Below are positions 17,756 through 29,679 of a stretch of DNA of 64,000 nucleotides, piece by piece. Under the pieces are notes generated by a model that worked only from the letters and a program-made list of their open reading frames with translations, had not been told where the DNA came from and made no database searches. A program made the translations under genes and the position numbers. The first letter of the stretch is position 1. Each line of letters starts with the position of its first letter. This DNA is from Eledone cirrhosa (lineage: Eukaryota), in contig OZ024741.1 in assembly GCA_964016885.1 (NCBI GenBank), forward strand, positions 129,952,001 through 130,016,000, in the 5' to 3' direction.

Positions 17756-19810
17756 ATGGCTACGAAAAAGAAATTTCATACGTCACTCCCACTCATTCCG
17801 TTTTCTTCTTCCTCAATCATCACTACAGCAGAGAGAAGATTGTCTCTCTCCCTCCCTTCTTTAAATGTGTCTCTCTCCCTCCCTTCTCTTTCGCAAGTGA
17901 CGAAAGAAAAGAAAAGTCTCGTGCAAAGCGTGCAAGGTTTCTCCACGACAACGACGACAGCGACGAAACAGGTGTGCGGGAAATACGAAAACCCAGTTCA
18001 TTCGTCTGACGTCAGGAATAATAGCAGTAGCAGCCGTAATAACAACAGCAACAGTGACAATGAAAACAACAGTAGCAGCCGCAACAGCATCACCAGCAGC
18101 ATAAACAACAACAGCATTAGCAGCAGCAACACCAACAACAACCACAGCAACAACAAAAGTACCAGCAGCTCTGACGACAACAACAACAGCAGAGAAAAAC
18201 CAATCTCATTTGCAGGTATTGCGAAAAACTTGGAAACAATCCTCATACAAATGAGGAATTAGAGGAAGCGAAGAAGATGGTGACAAAGAACGGACACCGA
18301 GCAATCTGCAAGGCAGCGGAAAAATTTTTCGAAACCCAAGAGCACTGTACGGTCACGTACCGTACAATAAGTACAAAATCCCGTAGGGTGGAAAGAGCCA
18401 CAGAGGCCCAAATACAAAAAGCCTTGGGGTCTGTGTGGCAGCGGAAAACGCACATCACCCGAGGCAAAAAATATGCCACCGTAGACGTACTTTTTGCCAC
18501 ACCCCAGGAGGAAAAGGCCCAATCAGTAGTGACCCTAAGGAGCGAGGAAATGGTGTTGGTGCCCTCCTACTGCGGGCAAAAAATTGTGAAGGTCAAACTG
18601 ACCCACGCCCCCCCCCCCGGAATGACCCCTTCTTGGCTGGCCGCGTCTGTCCTCGTCGGAATCGTACAGTTGTTTTGTCCTCGAGAAAAAAGTAAGAGAA
18701 GATTGGGTCGGCTCCTCCATTGAGATGCTAATCCAAACCAACCAGGAGTGCATCGAAGCTATCCCGGATGTGATAGACTTCGATAACGGCACTCAACTGC
18801 CCATAAGTGTTGAGGGCAAACGCCCGAAATGCTTTCGCTGTGGATCGAAGACTCACCTCAGGGCCTTCTGCAACGAGAAGACCCTGAGAAAGGAGAAAAC
18901 CCCCCTCCTTCCGAATCCGGCTCCACGGCTACCAGCAACAGGACAAGCGGCAACCAGGAACGATAGGCCCGTGGCACCCATACCCACTCCACGGAAATCA
19001 AAAACAGCAGCAGCAGTGGAAATATTAACAACAACAACAGCAATACCAAATGCAGCTGCAACAGAGACTCCAGTGCAAACATCACCAACAACAACAAGTG
19101 AAAGAGTGGAGCTGGTACCCCTCCCCGATCTCACAGAATCAGACATGGAGTGTGAGGTGGGAGAGGGATGGCAAAAGGTCGTAAGAAGGCACAAACGCAG
19201 AAGCAGCGCATCGTCGCCTTTGAAAAGGGAGGAAAGAAATGAGAAAAGGGTAAAGTCTACTGCAAAGAGACCCACAGCAGCAACAACACCAACACCATCA
19301 CCACCCACACTAGCACCACCATCACCACCGGCGACAACCCCACCGCCAACAACGCCTTCAACACCACCACCACAGGCACCAACATCGCAAACACAACAAC
19401 AAAACACACACACCCAGCAACAACGACAAGAAAATAGCAGAACCACACCCCACCCCCAGAAAAACAAATGCACGGCAATAAATACACACAACAAGAAACT
19501 AATGACTTACATAATTGAACACACAGACATTTCACAACAGGACTACATAATACCAGCACCAATCAAAACGCCAACTAACATAAGACTGCTAAAAATAGCA
19601 CAGAAACAATACACAAACATTAAAACGAAATTCCCCAACGCAGTTGGTGATTTCAGGGACCTAGGAGGAACCATCAATCGAAGAGTATACTCAGACATTC
19701 TCTTAGAAGAGCCGACGACCAGCCGAAGGGACGATTCAACGGTCCCTTCACCAGACGATCAAGTGAAAAGGGATGTAAAAACCATCCCTCCTCTACCAAA
19801 AGTACGGTAA
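17756..19810 (+). pseudogene. Copy B ORF1 (gag-like, zinc knuckle), frameshifted
   Basis: Pieces 17720-18262, 18277-18723 and 18725-19810. CFRCGSKTHLRAFC knuckle, N/S-rich N-terminus, T/P-rich linker. Confidence 0.85.
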
Positions 19811-19845
19811 GTGGTCTTTCCCATCTTTTCCACTCTATTTTAAAC

Positions 19846-22800
19846 ATGACCTCACTCAGAATAGGCAGCATAAATGCGCGTGGCTTGGGGTCGTCATGGA
19901 AGCAGGGTCACCTGCTCAACGACCTCAGGTCACTAAACATAGATGTAGTGGCCATCAGCGAGACCAGAATCTCCGAAGCACGGGCCTTCGCACCGATCTT
20001 CGGCGGCTACGATGTGTACGCATCTCCCAGCCGTCCTGGATCGGGTGGAGGAGTTGCTGTGCTTTTTCGGAGAGGTTTGGATCTCGCCATACGGGCCATC
20101 TTCCTGGACCCAGAGGGTAAGCTGGTGGTGCTGGACGTGACCAGCGGAGACGGGCAAGCTTTCAGGCTAGTGGCCGTCTATGCCCCGACAGGAGCAGGGC
20201 GGCCTGATTTCTTCCGGCGTCTGGAGACCTTTCTTGGAACGTCCCGCTCTTTAGTGTTAGTGGGCGACTGGAACGGGATCTTAGATGCACGCTGGGACTG
20301 TGTGGGATTAGCAGATAGGGGTGGAGGGTGCAAGAGCCTCACCAACCTGCTCAGGCGTTTTGAACTGTCTGACAGGTACCGATTGGATTTCCCGAATGTG
20401 CCAATGTGGACTTGGACAAACCGCATAGGGTCATCCAGATCATATCTAGATAGAGTATTTTGTAGGGAAATAGATAGGTCTAGCATAGGCTGTCCACAAT
20501 TCAAGATAGTCAGCTACACGGACCACAAATTGGTGACCTGTGTGCTTGACTTAGATAGGCTTCATAGACGAGGACCCGGCTACTGGAAGCTAAACGCGTC
20601 CTTACCAGCGCGCAAGGCCTACAGAGACCGGATTAGCGAACTAGTTAAGCAGGCGTTGACGGGGGCCATCGTCAACAACAAGTGGTGGCTTATTCTGAAA
20701 GGAGCGATTAGAATAGAGTCCATTTGGTTTAGTAAGGCTTTAGCAATAGAGAAAATTAGAGCAGAGGGAGAACTAGTTAGAAAATTAGACGAGGCGCTTA
20801 GCAAAGGCATTGCGACCGACGTGCTTGCGGCGAAATTGGCCCTTGACCAATTCTTCAATGCAAAGCACGAAGGCTGCGTTGTCAGAGCTAGTGTGCGTGC
20901 TCTCAGACACGAGGGGACGAATGCCGTTCAATGGGCCCGAGTGGCGGAGGCGCGTCGTGGCAACAAAGCCACGATCCGGTCTTTGGTGGACCACGACGGG
21001 CGCATGCTACTCGATCCCGGACAAATGTGTGAAGCTTTTCAGCGACACTTCGCTCAGCTGTTCGGGGGCAGCGGGGGGCCGGGTAGAGGGATGGACTTTA
21101 GTGTCTACCTCGACGGACTGCCGCGGCTCTCGGCCACTGAGGCGAAGTGTTGCGAAAAGCCGATAACAGCCGCTGAAGTAAGGGAGGCAATGACTGGCTG
21201 CATAAGGGGTAAATCGCCTGGTTTGGATGGTCTGCCCTATGAACTTTACGTACAGATGCCAGACTTGTTCGGAGGCCTCTTGGTGGACGTCTACTGCAAC
21301 TGGCAACAGAACGGGAGAATTCCCAGTTCTGTGAGCCGAGGAGCGGTGGCACTGCTGAGAAAGGATCCGAACAAGGGGGATAACATAGACAATTTCCGGC
21401 CCATAACTCTGCTAAACACAGAGTTTAAGATTTTGGCCAAGGTGCTAGCAAAGAGGTTGGCGCTTGTCGTTGGTGGTCTGGTGGGAGAGGCGCAGACATG
21501 CGCCATTCCCGACAGATCCATCCACGACAACCTCCACCTCATGCGATACATCGTAGAGAGGGTAGCTAGGGAACCTGGCACGGGTGGGTCCTTGATCAAT
21601 TTAGATCAGTCGAAAGCTTTCGATAGGGTCGACCATCGTTACCTAGCGGCAGTCCTGAGGGCGGCTGGCTTTGGGCCCGTCTTCAGAGGCTGGATCGCTG
21701 CCATGCACAGCGACATCTGCTCTGTGGTGAGAGTGAACGGTCACCTGTCGGAACCGTTCAACATCATGCGCTCGGTCCGCCAAGGATGTCCCCTCTCGTC
21801 CCTCTTGTACGTATTGACTCTCGAGCCATTACTGCACAAACTGGAGACGTTGAGGGGAGTCCCGCGCGAACTAGGATGCGGAAGATCCGTGTCAGCATAT
21901 GCGGACGATGTCACCGTAGTGGTGTCGAACGCCAAACACATCGAGGCGATCGGCACTACACTAAGAGAATACGAAGCGGTGACAGGAGCAATGATCAACC
22001 AGTAAAAGTCAGTGGGCCTGCAGCTCGGCACCTGGAGAGGCAGGTCCATGCCGTCCAACAGTGTCGTCGGGCGCTGGACGGACGGACCGGTTAAATTGCT
22101 AGGGGTCTGGTTCGGTCCGGACCTCCAGACGGACAAAAACTGGGACGAGGTGACGAGCAGGGTGGCTTCTCTCACCCAGAAATTGCCGGAGAGGAAGCTA
22201 TCCCTGAAAGGTCGAGCGGAGGTGGCTAACGCGTACATCGCGTCTGTCATCTGCTACCGCCTAACCGTCGTACCTTGTCCTAAGCCTCGCCTGACTGCGC
22301 TGGAGCGTTTGCTCTTTCGCTTTTTGTGGAAGGGACGTGCTCCGATGGTCAGGCGGTCCATCTGTTGTCAACACCCGCTACGTGGAGGGCTGGGCATGCC
22401 GTGGCTGATGATGCGCAGGCACGCGCTCAGGCTACGACATCTCCACCTCTTCCTCGACGGTGATCAGGTGTGGTCGCCGTTTGCTAGACGCGTTTTTCCC
22501 CAGCTCGTTTCCTTGACGGAGCTGCAGTCCTGGGTCAAGCGAAGACCGAGAGGGAGCGCCTGGAGACTGGAATGTCTTCAGGCGCTCACAGCCCTCGACC
22601 AATCGGGCAATGTGATCGGTGGAAACTCCACCTCGGCGTTCTATAGAGGATTAGTGGAGGGGAAGAGCGACGACGTACTTGGGGAAACTCTAGGCGTCGA
22701 CGAAAATCAACTAGCCAATCTCTTCGGAAGAACTTTCGGGCCAGGGCCTATGGACAACTTCCAGAAATCTCTGGCCTGGCAGTGCTACCGAGGAGCCTTG

Positions 22801-23265
22801 CCAGTTCAGGATAAACTCTACAGGCATGGAGGTGCCGTCAGCCGGGCATGTCCGAGATGCGCGCAGGGCGACGAAACCGTCCTGCACGCACTCGTCCAGT
22901 GTCCGAAAATTGCTGACTTGTGGGTTTATGTCGAACACCTGCTGTCGCGTTTAGGACGGATCCAGCTATCATCTGAGTCCATCGTGAGGATTGCCCCGCC
23001 CTCCTCCTTTAGCCGGGAAGGGCAGGCAGTTTTTATCTGTCTGGTGGCCATGGCGAAAGAGATAGTATGGTGGACACGTTTGAAAGGGCTGAAGACGAGC
23101 ACTTACCTCTTCGGTGATGCTCTGATTGACTTTTTCAAATTTCATTTGAAAAGGAAAATCAGAGTAGAGAGGGAAGTGCTCTCTTCCCAGCATTTTGTTG
23201 AAAGATGGGTGAGAGAAGCAAGAATGGCCCGAGTGAATGGGCCGACTCTGAGTATATATCTGTAA
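19846..23265 (+). pseudogene. Copy B ORF2 (AP endonuclease, reverse transcriptase, CCHC), one premature stop at 22003
   Basis: SINARGL, GDWN, YLDR, TDH (APE). KAFDRV, RQGCPLS, AYADD (RT). CPRC..ETVLHALVQC. TAA here where copy D has GAA. Confidence 0.95.
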
Positions 23266-23513
23266 ACTAAAGGTGGAAAACTGGGAGAGGGCACTTGCCT
23301 TGGTGGTCAGGGTCATTGTGGCTTTTTACTGGGCTTTCTCCACAAATGTCCCTCCGAAGTCTCCCCCCTATTGGGGAATTTTTCATTGTTATTTTTTGTT
23401 ACATCCTCTGTTTTTGTTTTTTACACGCAGAAATGCCCATTTGTACCGTCCTGCATTGTCCTGCACTGTCCTTAATGTCTACTTTATGTAAACCCTTGTG
23501 GTTAATAAAGAAA

Positions 23514-23545
<32 letters not shown>

Positions 23546-23755
23546 GACGAAAGTGGATTACGTTTTTTGAAGCTCCGTGAGTAAGCAATTTTTTGAGGAT
23601 TAATTGTGGAGAATTGTTTATTTTTTTGTACCGCTGAAGCATTATAAGACATTCATTTGTATCCTGTGAAGGAATAACTCATAATATTTGGGCCTTTTGG
23701 CCCAAATATTTGAACTTTATTTTGGAAAAATAATAATTTTTTTTCTCAAAAAAAC

Positions 23756-25658
23756 ATGGCGGAGCCACGCCCCCTAGAGGCGGGTCTGCTGTCGTGCAAC
23801 GGCGACTTGAGCGTTGAGAGGAGAGGTGGGGCGAGGAGCGCCACCAGCACGAGTGTGAGCAGCGACAGTGCCAGCACCAACGGGCCGAGCGGCGCGGAAG
23901 GTGGTAACAGCGACAACACCAACACCAACAAGCCGAACAGCGCAGAAGGTGGTAATAGCGAGAGCACCAACAAAACGAACAGCACAGAGAGTAATAGTAG
24001 CGACAGCAGCAGCACCAACAAGGCCAACAGCACAGAGGGTAACCACGACACAGGGGAGAACAACAACAGCAATAGCAGCAGCAACACCAACAAGAACAAC
24101 AACAGTGACAACAAGAACACCTTCGCTGCTGTGGCAGCGGCTAAAAGGAGACCATGCTACAGCATCGACTTAACCAACAGAGAGGAAAAGTTGGCCCAGG
24201 CCTGGAAAATCATAAATCAAGAGCAGACCTAGGCAAACTTAACTGTCCCGGCAGAAGCCATTGAGGCAGTGGAAAAAAGAACGGTGCATTTCAGATGCAT
24301 CTCAGTAGAGACAAAGAGGGCAGCGATAATCGCCCAAGCTGATATAGAAGCCGCACTGAAATACATCAGAGAGGACACAGACTTCATAGAGAGGGGCAGG
24401 CAATACGGCACCGTTTCGGTGCTGTTCAAGTCTGAAGCCCTCGCTGTGAAGCATTCAATGACCCCTTGCAAAACCAGCAAGGTCATAATGTACCCCTCCC
24501 ACATGGGAAAACGAATAGCACGTGTGCGCATTCCCAGGATTCCACCAGGACTTGATATGTGGTGGCTCCTGGGTTGCGTAATCGTGGAAGGAACGGATAC
24601 AGTCCCGGTAGAGGCAACGAGAACTGCCAGGGACGACTGGTCCGGGGTTGATCTGGAGATACTGCTCCAAATCAGACCCGAAAACGTAAAAGCAATCCCG
24701 GACCACATCCGCCTCCAAAACGGGAGGGTGTTGCATATAATGACTGAGGGCAAAAGGCCGCATTGTTTCCTTTGTGGGGAAACGACACACTTGCGAGCCT
24801 TCTGCCCTCAACTGCCGAAAAGCGCAAGGGGTCGAAAGATTCCACTGCTGGCGACGCCGGGACAAGGACCACCAGCAACACCGTCAACAATGGAACCACC
24901 AAAATTGCACACCCAGGGGGGAAACGAGGAAAGCTCTCCCATTCCCCCTCCCCCCCAAAATACACACACGAACAAGAACATAAACACTCACTCAGACACA
25001 AACACGCTCACAGCCACAGACCCCTCATCCTCCAGCAGTGAAGATGAGGGAAAACCAAAGTCCCCCAAAATACAAAAAACAAAACACAAAAAAAAAGAAA
25101 TCCACAAAGCACAAACACCCCCACAAAAAAAATACACACACCACCCACACAAACATTTTCCCCACAGCATCACCAACACAACCACCAAAATCCCCCAAAC
25201 GCAAACAAGCTAAACAGACACAAGAACAAATAGACACACAAACATCAGAAACTACAGACACCCCACCCACAACAAACGCAGACACAATAGAAACAACACT
25301 AACAAAGCTATCACCACCACAATCACACGAACAAATAAAACCCGAGCAACAAAACATTAAAAACTTCGTGCTTGCCAGAAGGGCCAACAAGGAATTGATG
25401 GCCCATGTAGCACGAAGCACAAACATCGAAAAAGAGGGGGAAACATTTGAAGCGAGCACATTTCGCGTACCAGATAATTTGCTTCTGATGCGAATGTCGC
25501 TCGCTTCATACAAAGAAATTCGAAAGAGCTTTCCTCGGGATGTGGGAACCCCGAACGTAAAACCCACTTCAAGACTATTAAAGGGGTTCCCAAAAGAAAC
25601 CCCACAAACCATGGAGGTCGAACCACCCGACCTTCACAAGACCCCGGAAGGTAAGTAA
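23756..25658 (+). pseudogene. Copy C ORF1, in-frame stop at 24230 and a frameshift near 25100-25200
   Basis: CFLCGETTHLRAFC knuckle. The C-terminal block NKELM..FPRDVG aligns with B (NKKLM..FPNAVG). Confidence 0.85.
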
Positions 25659-25687
25659 ACCTTTCCTCTCCCATTCATCCTGCCAGC

Positions 25688-28600
25688 ATGGCCATAAGAG
25701 TAGGAAGTTTAAATGTTCGTGGCCTGGGGTCGCCCTGGAAGCAAGGTCACTTGCTCAACGACCTCAGGTCACTAGGAATGGATGTAATTGCCATCAGCGA
25801 GACCAGAATTTCCGACACACGCGCACTGGCGCCGATTTTCTACGATTATCAGATCTTTGCATCTGTTAGTCGGCCGGGAATGGGAGGTGGAGTGGCTGTG
25901 CTGTTTAGGAAATGTCTGGATCTCGAGGTAAGGTCAATCTTCCGGGATCCTGACGGAAAGTTGGTGGTCCTGGACGTGAGCAATAGCGAAGGTGGTGCCT
26001 TTAGACTGGTGGCCGTCTACGCCCCTACTGGGGCCGGTCGGCCGGACTTCTTTAGGCGCCTGGAAAACTTTCTGCTTACGTCTCGCCCTTTACTGTTAAT
26101 AGGGGATTGGAATGGCATCCTAGAAGCACGCTGGGATTGTGTGGGAGTATCTGATAGGAGCGGGGGGTGCAAAAGCCTCAAGTACCTGATCAGCCAGTTT
26201 CAACTGTCTCACAGGTACCGACTAGATTTCCCTAATGCGCCAGTATGGACCTGGACCAATCGCATAGGGTCATCTAGATCGTACATAGATAGGATTTTCA
26301 TTAGGAAAAGAGCTAGAAATAGTGTAGGATGTCCACATTTTAAAACGGTTGCCTATTCAGATCACAAGCTTGTGATCTGTATGGTCGACCTAGATAAGAC
26401 ACGTAGGTTAGGACCTAGCTACTGGAAGCTAAACATGTCGTTTCCGGCACGTAAAGCTTACAGGGACCGGGTCAACAACTTAGTTAAGCAAAAGTTGACA
26501 GGGGGGGGTTGTCAACAACAGGTGGTGGGGGGCTCTCAAAAGAGAGATTAGAGCAACCTCGATAGGATTTAGCAAAGAAGTAGCAATAGAGAAAAATAGA
26601 AAGGAGGAGGGGCTGATAGCTAAGTTAGACGAGGCTATTTGTAGTGGCATTGCAACAGACGTGCTAGCGGCGAGAATGGCACTAGACCATTTCTTCAATG
26701 CGAAACACGAAGGTTGCATTGTCAGAGCTAAGGCGCGTGCTCTGAGGAACGAGGGAACCAAAGCTGCCCGATGGGCTCTCTTTGCAGAGACGCAGCGTGG
26801 AAATAAAACCACAATTCGGTCTTTGACGGATCGAGATGGACACGAACTGAACGATTCCAAGCAGATGTGTGAGGCCTTTCGCCAGCACTTTGCTCGATTG
26901 TTCGGGATGATGGGTGAGTCGGAGACGGCGGCGGACTTCAGTCCCTACCTCGACGGCTTGCCACGCCTCTCGACGGCCGACGCTGAGCGCTGCGAAGAGC
27001 CGATAACATCAGTCGAAATTCAGGACGCCCTTGTCGGCTGCTCGAGTCGCAAGTCACCCGGTTTGGATGGTCTGCCCTACGAGCTTTACGTAAATATGCC
27101 AGACTTGTTCTCCGATCTCCTCGAAGCGCTCTACTGCAACTGGCAGCAGAACGGGAGCATTCCCAGTTCTGTGAGCCGTGGCGTAGTGACGCTGATAAGG
27201 AAAGACGAGAACAAGAGGGACACACTAGATAATTTCAGGCCCATAACCCTGCTCAACACAGAGTTTAAGATTTTGGCCAAAGCATTCGATAGGGTCGACC
27301 ATCGGTACTTGGAGGCTGTCCTCGAGGCGGCTGGCTTCGGCCCCGTCTTCAGAAGCTGGATCGCTGCAATGTACAGCGGCATCTGCTCGGTGGTCAAAGT
27401 TAATGGCCACCCCTAGGAAACGTTTCAGATCTCTCGATCGGTCCGTCAAGGGTGCCCTCTCTCCTCACTTCTGTACGTATTGACTCTTGAGCCTCTACTG
27501 CGGAAGCTGGAGTTGTTGCAGGGCATCCCGCTCGAACCGGGACGTAGAAAGGCTGCGTCCGCTTATGCGGACGACATCACCGTGATGGTGTCGGACACCT
27601 CGGAAATCGAGGTGATCCGCACCCATTTGGAGGAATATGAAAGGTTGACGGGAGCAAAACTTAACCCGGAAAAGTCGGTGGGCTTGCAGCTCGGCACCTG
27701 GAGAGGCAAGTCCATGCCGTCCAACAGCGTCGTTGGGCGCTGGACAGACGGACCGGTAAAGTTGCTCGGGGTTTGGTTCGGACCAGACCTCCAGGTGGAT
27801 AAGAATTGGGACGAGGTGACGAGCAGGATAGCCAACCTCACCCAGAAATGGGCTGAGAGAAAGCTATCACTGAAAGGGCGGGCGGAGGTGGCGAACGCGT
27901 ACATCGCGTCCGTCATCTACTACCGCCTGACCGTCGTGCCTTGCCCCCGTCCACGCCTCGCCAATTTGGAACGGCTCCTTTTCAAATTTTTGTGGAGGGG
28001 ACGGGTCCCGTTGGTGAGGCGGTCCATCTGCTGCCAGCACCCTCTTCGTGGAGGGCTGGGCATGCCGTGGCTAATGATGCGCAGACATGCGCTGAGGCTG
28101 CGACATCTCCAGATATTTTGCCTAAACGGTGAACAGGTGTGGTCGCCGTTTGTTAGCCTTTCCGCAGCTCATCTCTTTGACTGAGCTGCAGTCCTAGGTC
28201 AAGAAGAGACCGAGACTGGGCGACTGGCATCTGGAATGTTGCCAGGCGCTCACTGCACTCTGCAAGGTGGGCAATGCGGTCAGTGGAACTTCCACTCAAG
28301 ATTTCTATAGAGGATTAGTGGAGGGCAAGTACGATGACGTACTAGGAGAGGCTCTAGGCGTCAACGAAGTAGAACTGACCAGTATGTTCCGGAGGACTTT
28401 CGAGCCGGGGACGATGGATAACTTCCAGAAATCCCTCGCTTGGCAGTGCTACCGGGGGGCGCTGCCGGTTCGGGATAAACTCTACAGGCACGGAAGTGCT
28501 GTCAGACGAACCTGCCCGAGATGCGCGCAGAGCGACGAAACCGTTCTGCACGCACTCGTCCAGTGTCCGTGCATTGCTGACTTGTGGGGTTATGTCGAAC

Positions 28601-28929
28601 AGCTATTGTCGCGTGTAGAACGGATCCGGCTATCGTCCGAGTCCATAGTGAAGATTGACCCGCCGCCTTCTTTTGGTCAGGAAGGGCAGGCAATTTTCCT
28701 CTGCCTGGTGGCAGTAGCGAAAGAGGTTGCATGGTGGACCAGGTTGAACGGACTGAAGACAGACACTTTTCTCTTCGGCCAATCCCTCATCAACTTCTTC
28801 AAGTTTCACTTGGAAAGGAAGGTGAGGGTGGAGAGAGAAGTGCTGCCCCCCAGTACATTTACTGAAAGGTGGGTGAATGTGGCGAGAATGACCCGCGTGA
28901 GTGGGCCTATTCTGATCATGCGCCTGTAG
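25688..28929 (+). pseudogene. Copy C ORF2, fragmented, with an RT-internal deletion
   Basis: ORFs 25688-26551, 26661-27416, 27480-28184 and 28267-28929 are collinear with B ORF2. Confidence 0.93.
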
Positions 28930-29199
28930 GCTGGTGAATTCGAGAAGGAGAGGGGTGCCCTTCCCGGGTGCCCTAGGAGCGTCGGGTGGCTCAGGACTGG
29001 TGGGGTGCTTGAGTCAACCCTGGGTGGTGATCCCTCTTATTGGGGAACTTTCATTGTTGTATTTTTATTGTTATTTTGTTTTTTGTTATTTATACTTACT
29101 CGATCTCTATGTAAACCCCCACTGTCCCTGTCTATTGTGTTGTCCCCTATATGTCGGCCCTTGTGGCCAATAAATGAAATCATTATTATTATTATTATT

Positions 29200-29385
29200 G
29201 TGGGGGATTGGCAGTATCGGTAGAGATCGGACAACATACTTTGTGGCATATAGTTACGACCCTTTGCGTTCTGAGTTCAAATCCCGCCGAGGTTATCTTT
29301 GCCTTTCGGGGTCGATAAAATAAAGTACTATTAACGATTTTATCTCTTTTCCCCTTCTCTTCAAATTGGTGGCCTTGTGCCATAT
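29200..29385 (+). mobile_element. MetaSINE-like SINE directly behind C's (ATT)n
   Basis: GAGTTCAAATCCCGCCGAGG..GGGGTCGATAAAATAAAGTAC..GGCCTTGTGCC. Confidence 0.85.
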
Positions 29386-29679
29386 ATTACTGCTGCTACA
29401 AATACTGCTGCTTCATGTCCAAGGAGGACTATGGCCACCACCACTACTAACAACAACAGCCATTCCGGAATCACCACCGCCTCCACTTTCTACAAATATC
29501 ACCCTTTAAACAACTACAAGTGTTTACTTTAAAATATCCCCTCCCCCGTCACCACAACCACAATCATCATTATCATTATCCTCATTACCACTGTCACCAC
29601 CAAATCACTACACCTACAATGCATTCTCCTTATATCTTAGAAATAACACGCAATTATACCTTAAATATATATATATATA

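Larger units (their letters stand above)
17540..23515 (+). mobile_element. Tx1-clade LINE copy B, near full length, (ATT)n on both sides
   Basis: 5' UTR, ORF1 with CCHC knuckle, ORF2 with APE+RT+C-terminal zinc motif, AATAAA at 23504, and (ATT)n at 23516-23545. Confidence 0.93.
23546..29181 (+). mobile_element. Tx1-clade LINE copy C (different subfamily), head-to-tail behind B
   Basis: Starts right after B's (ATT)n. Has ORF1 and ORF2. Ends CCCTTGTGGCCAATAAATGAAATC(ATT)6. Confidence 0.93.

Noticed and set aside
20178-22250. Antisense ORFs shared by B, C and D
   Set aside because: Shadow frames of the GC-rich ORF2, shared by descent.
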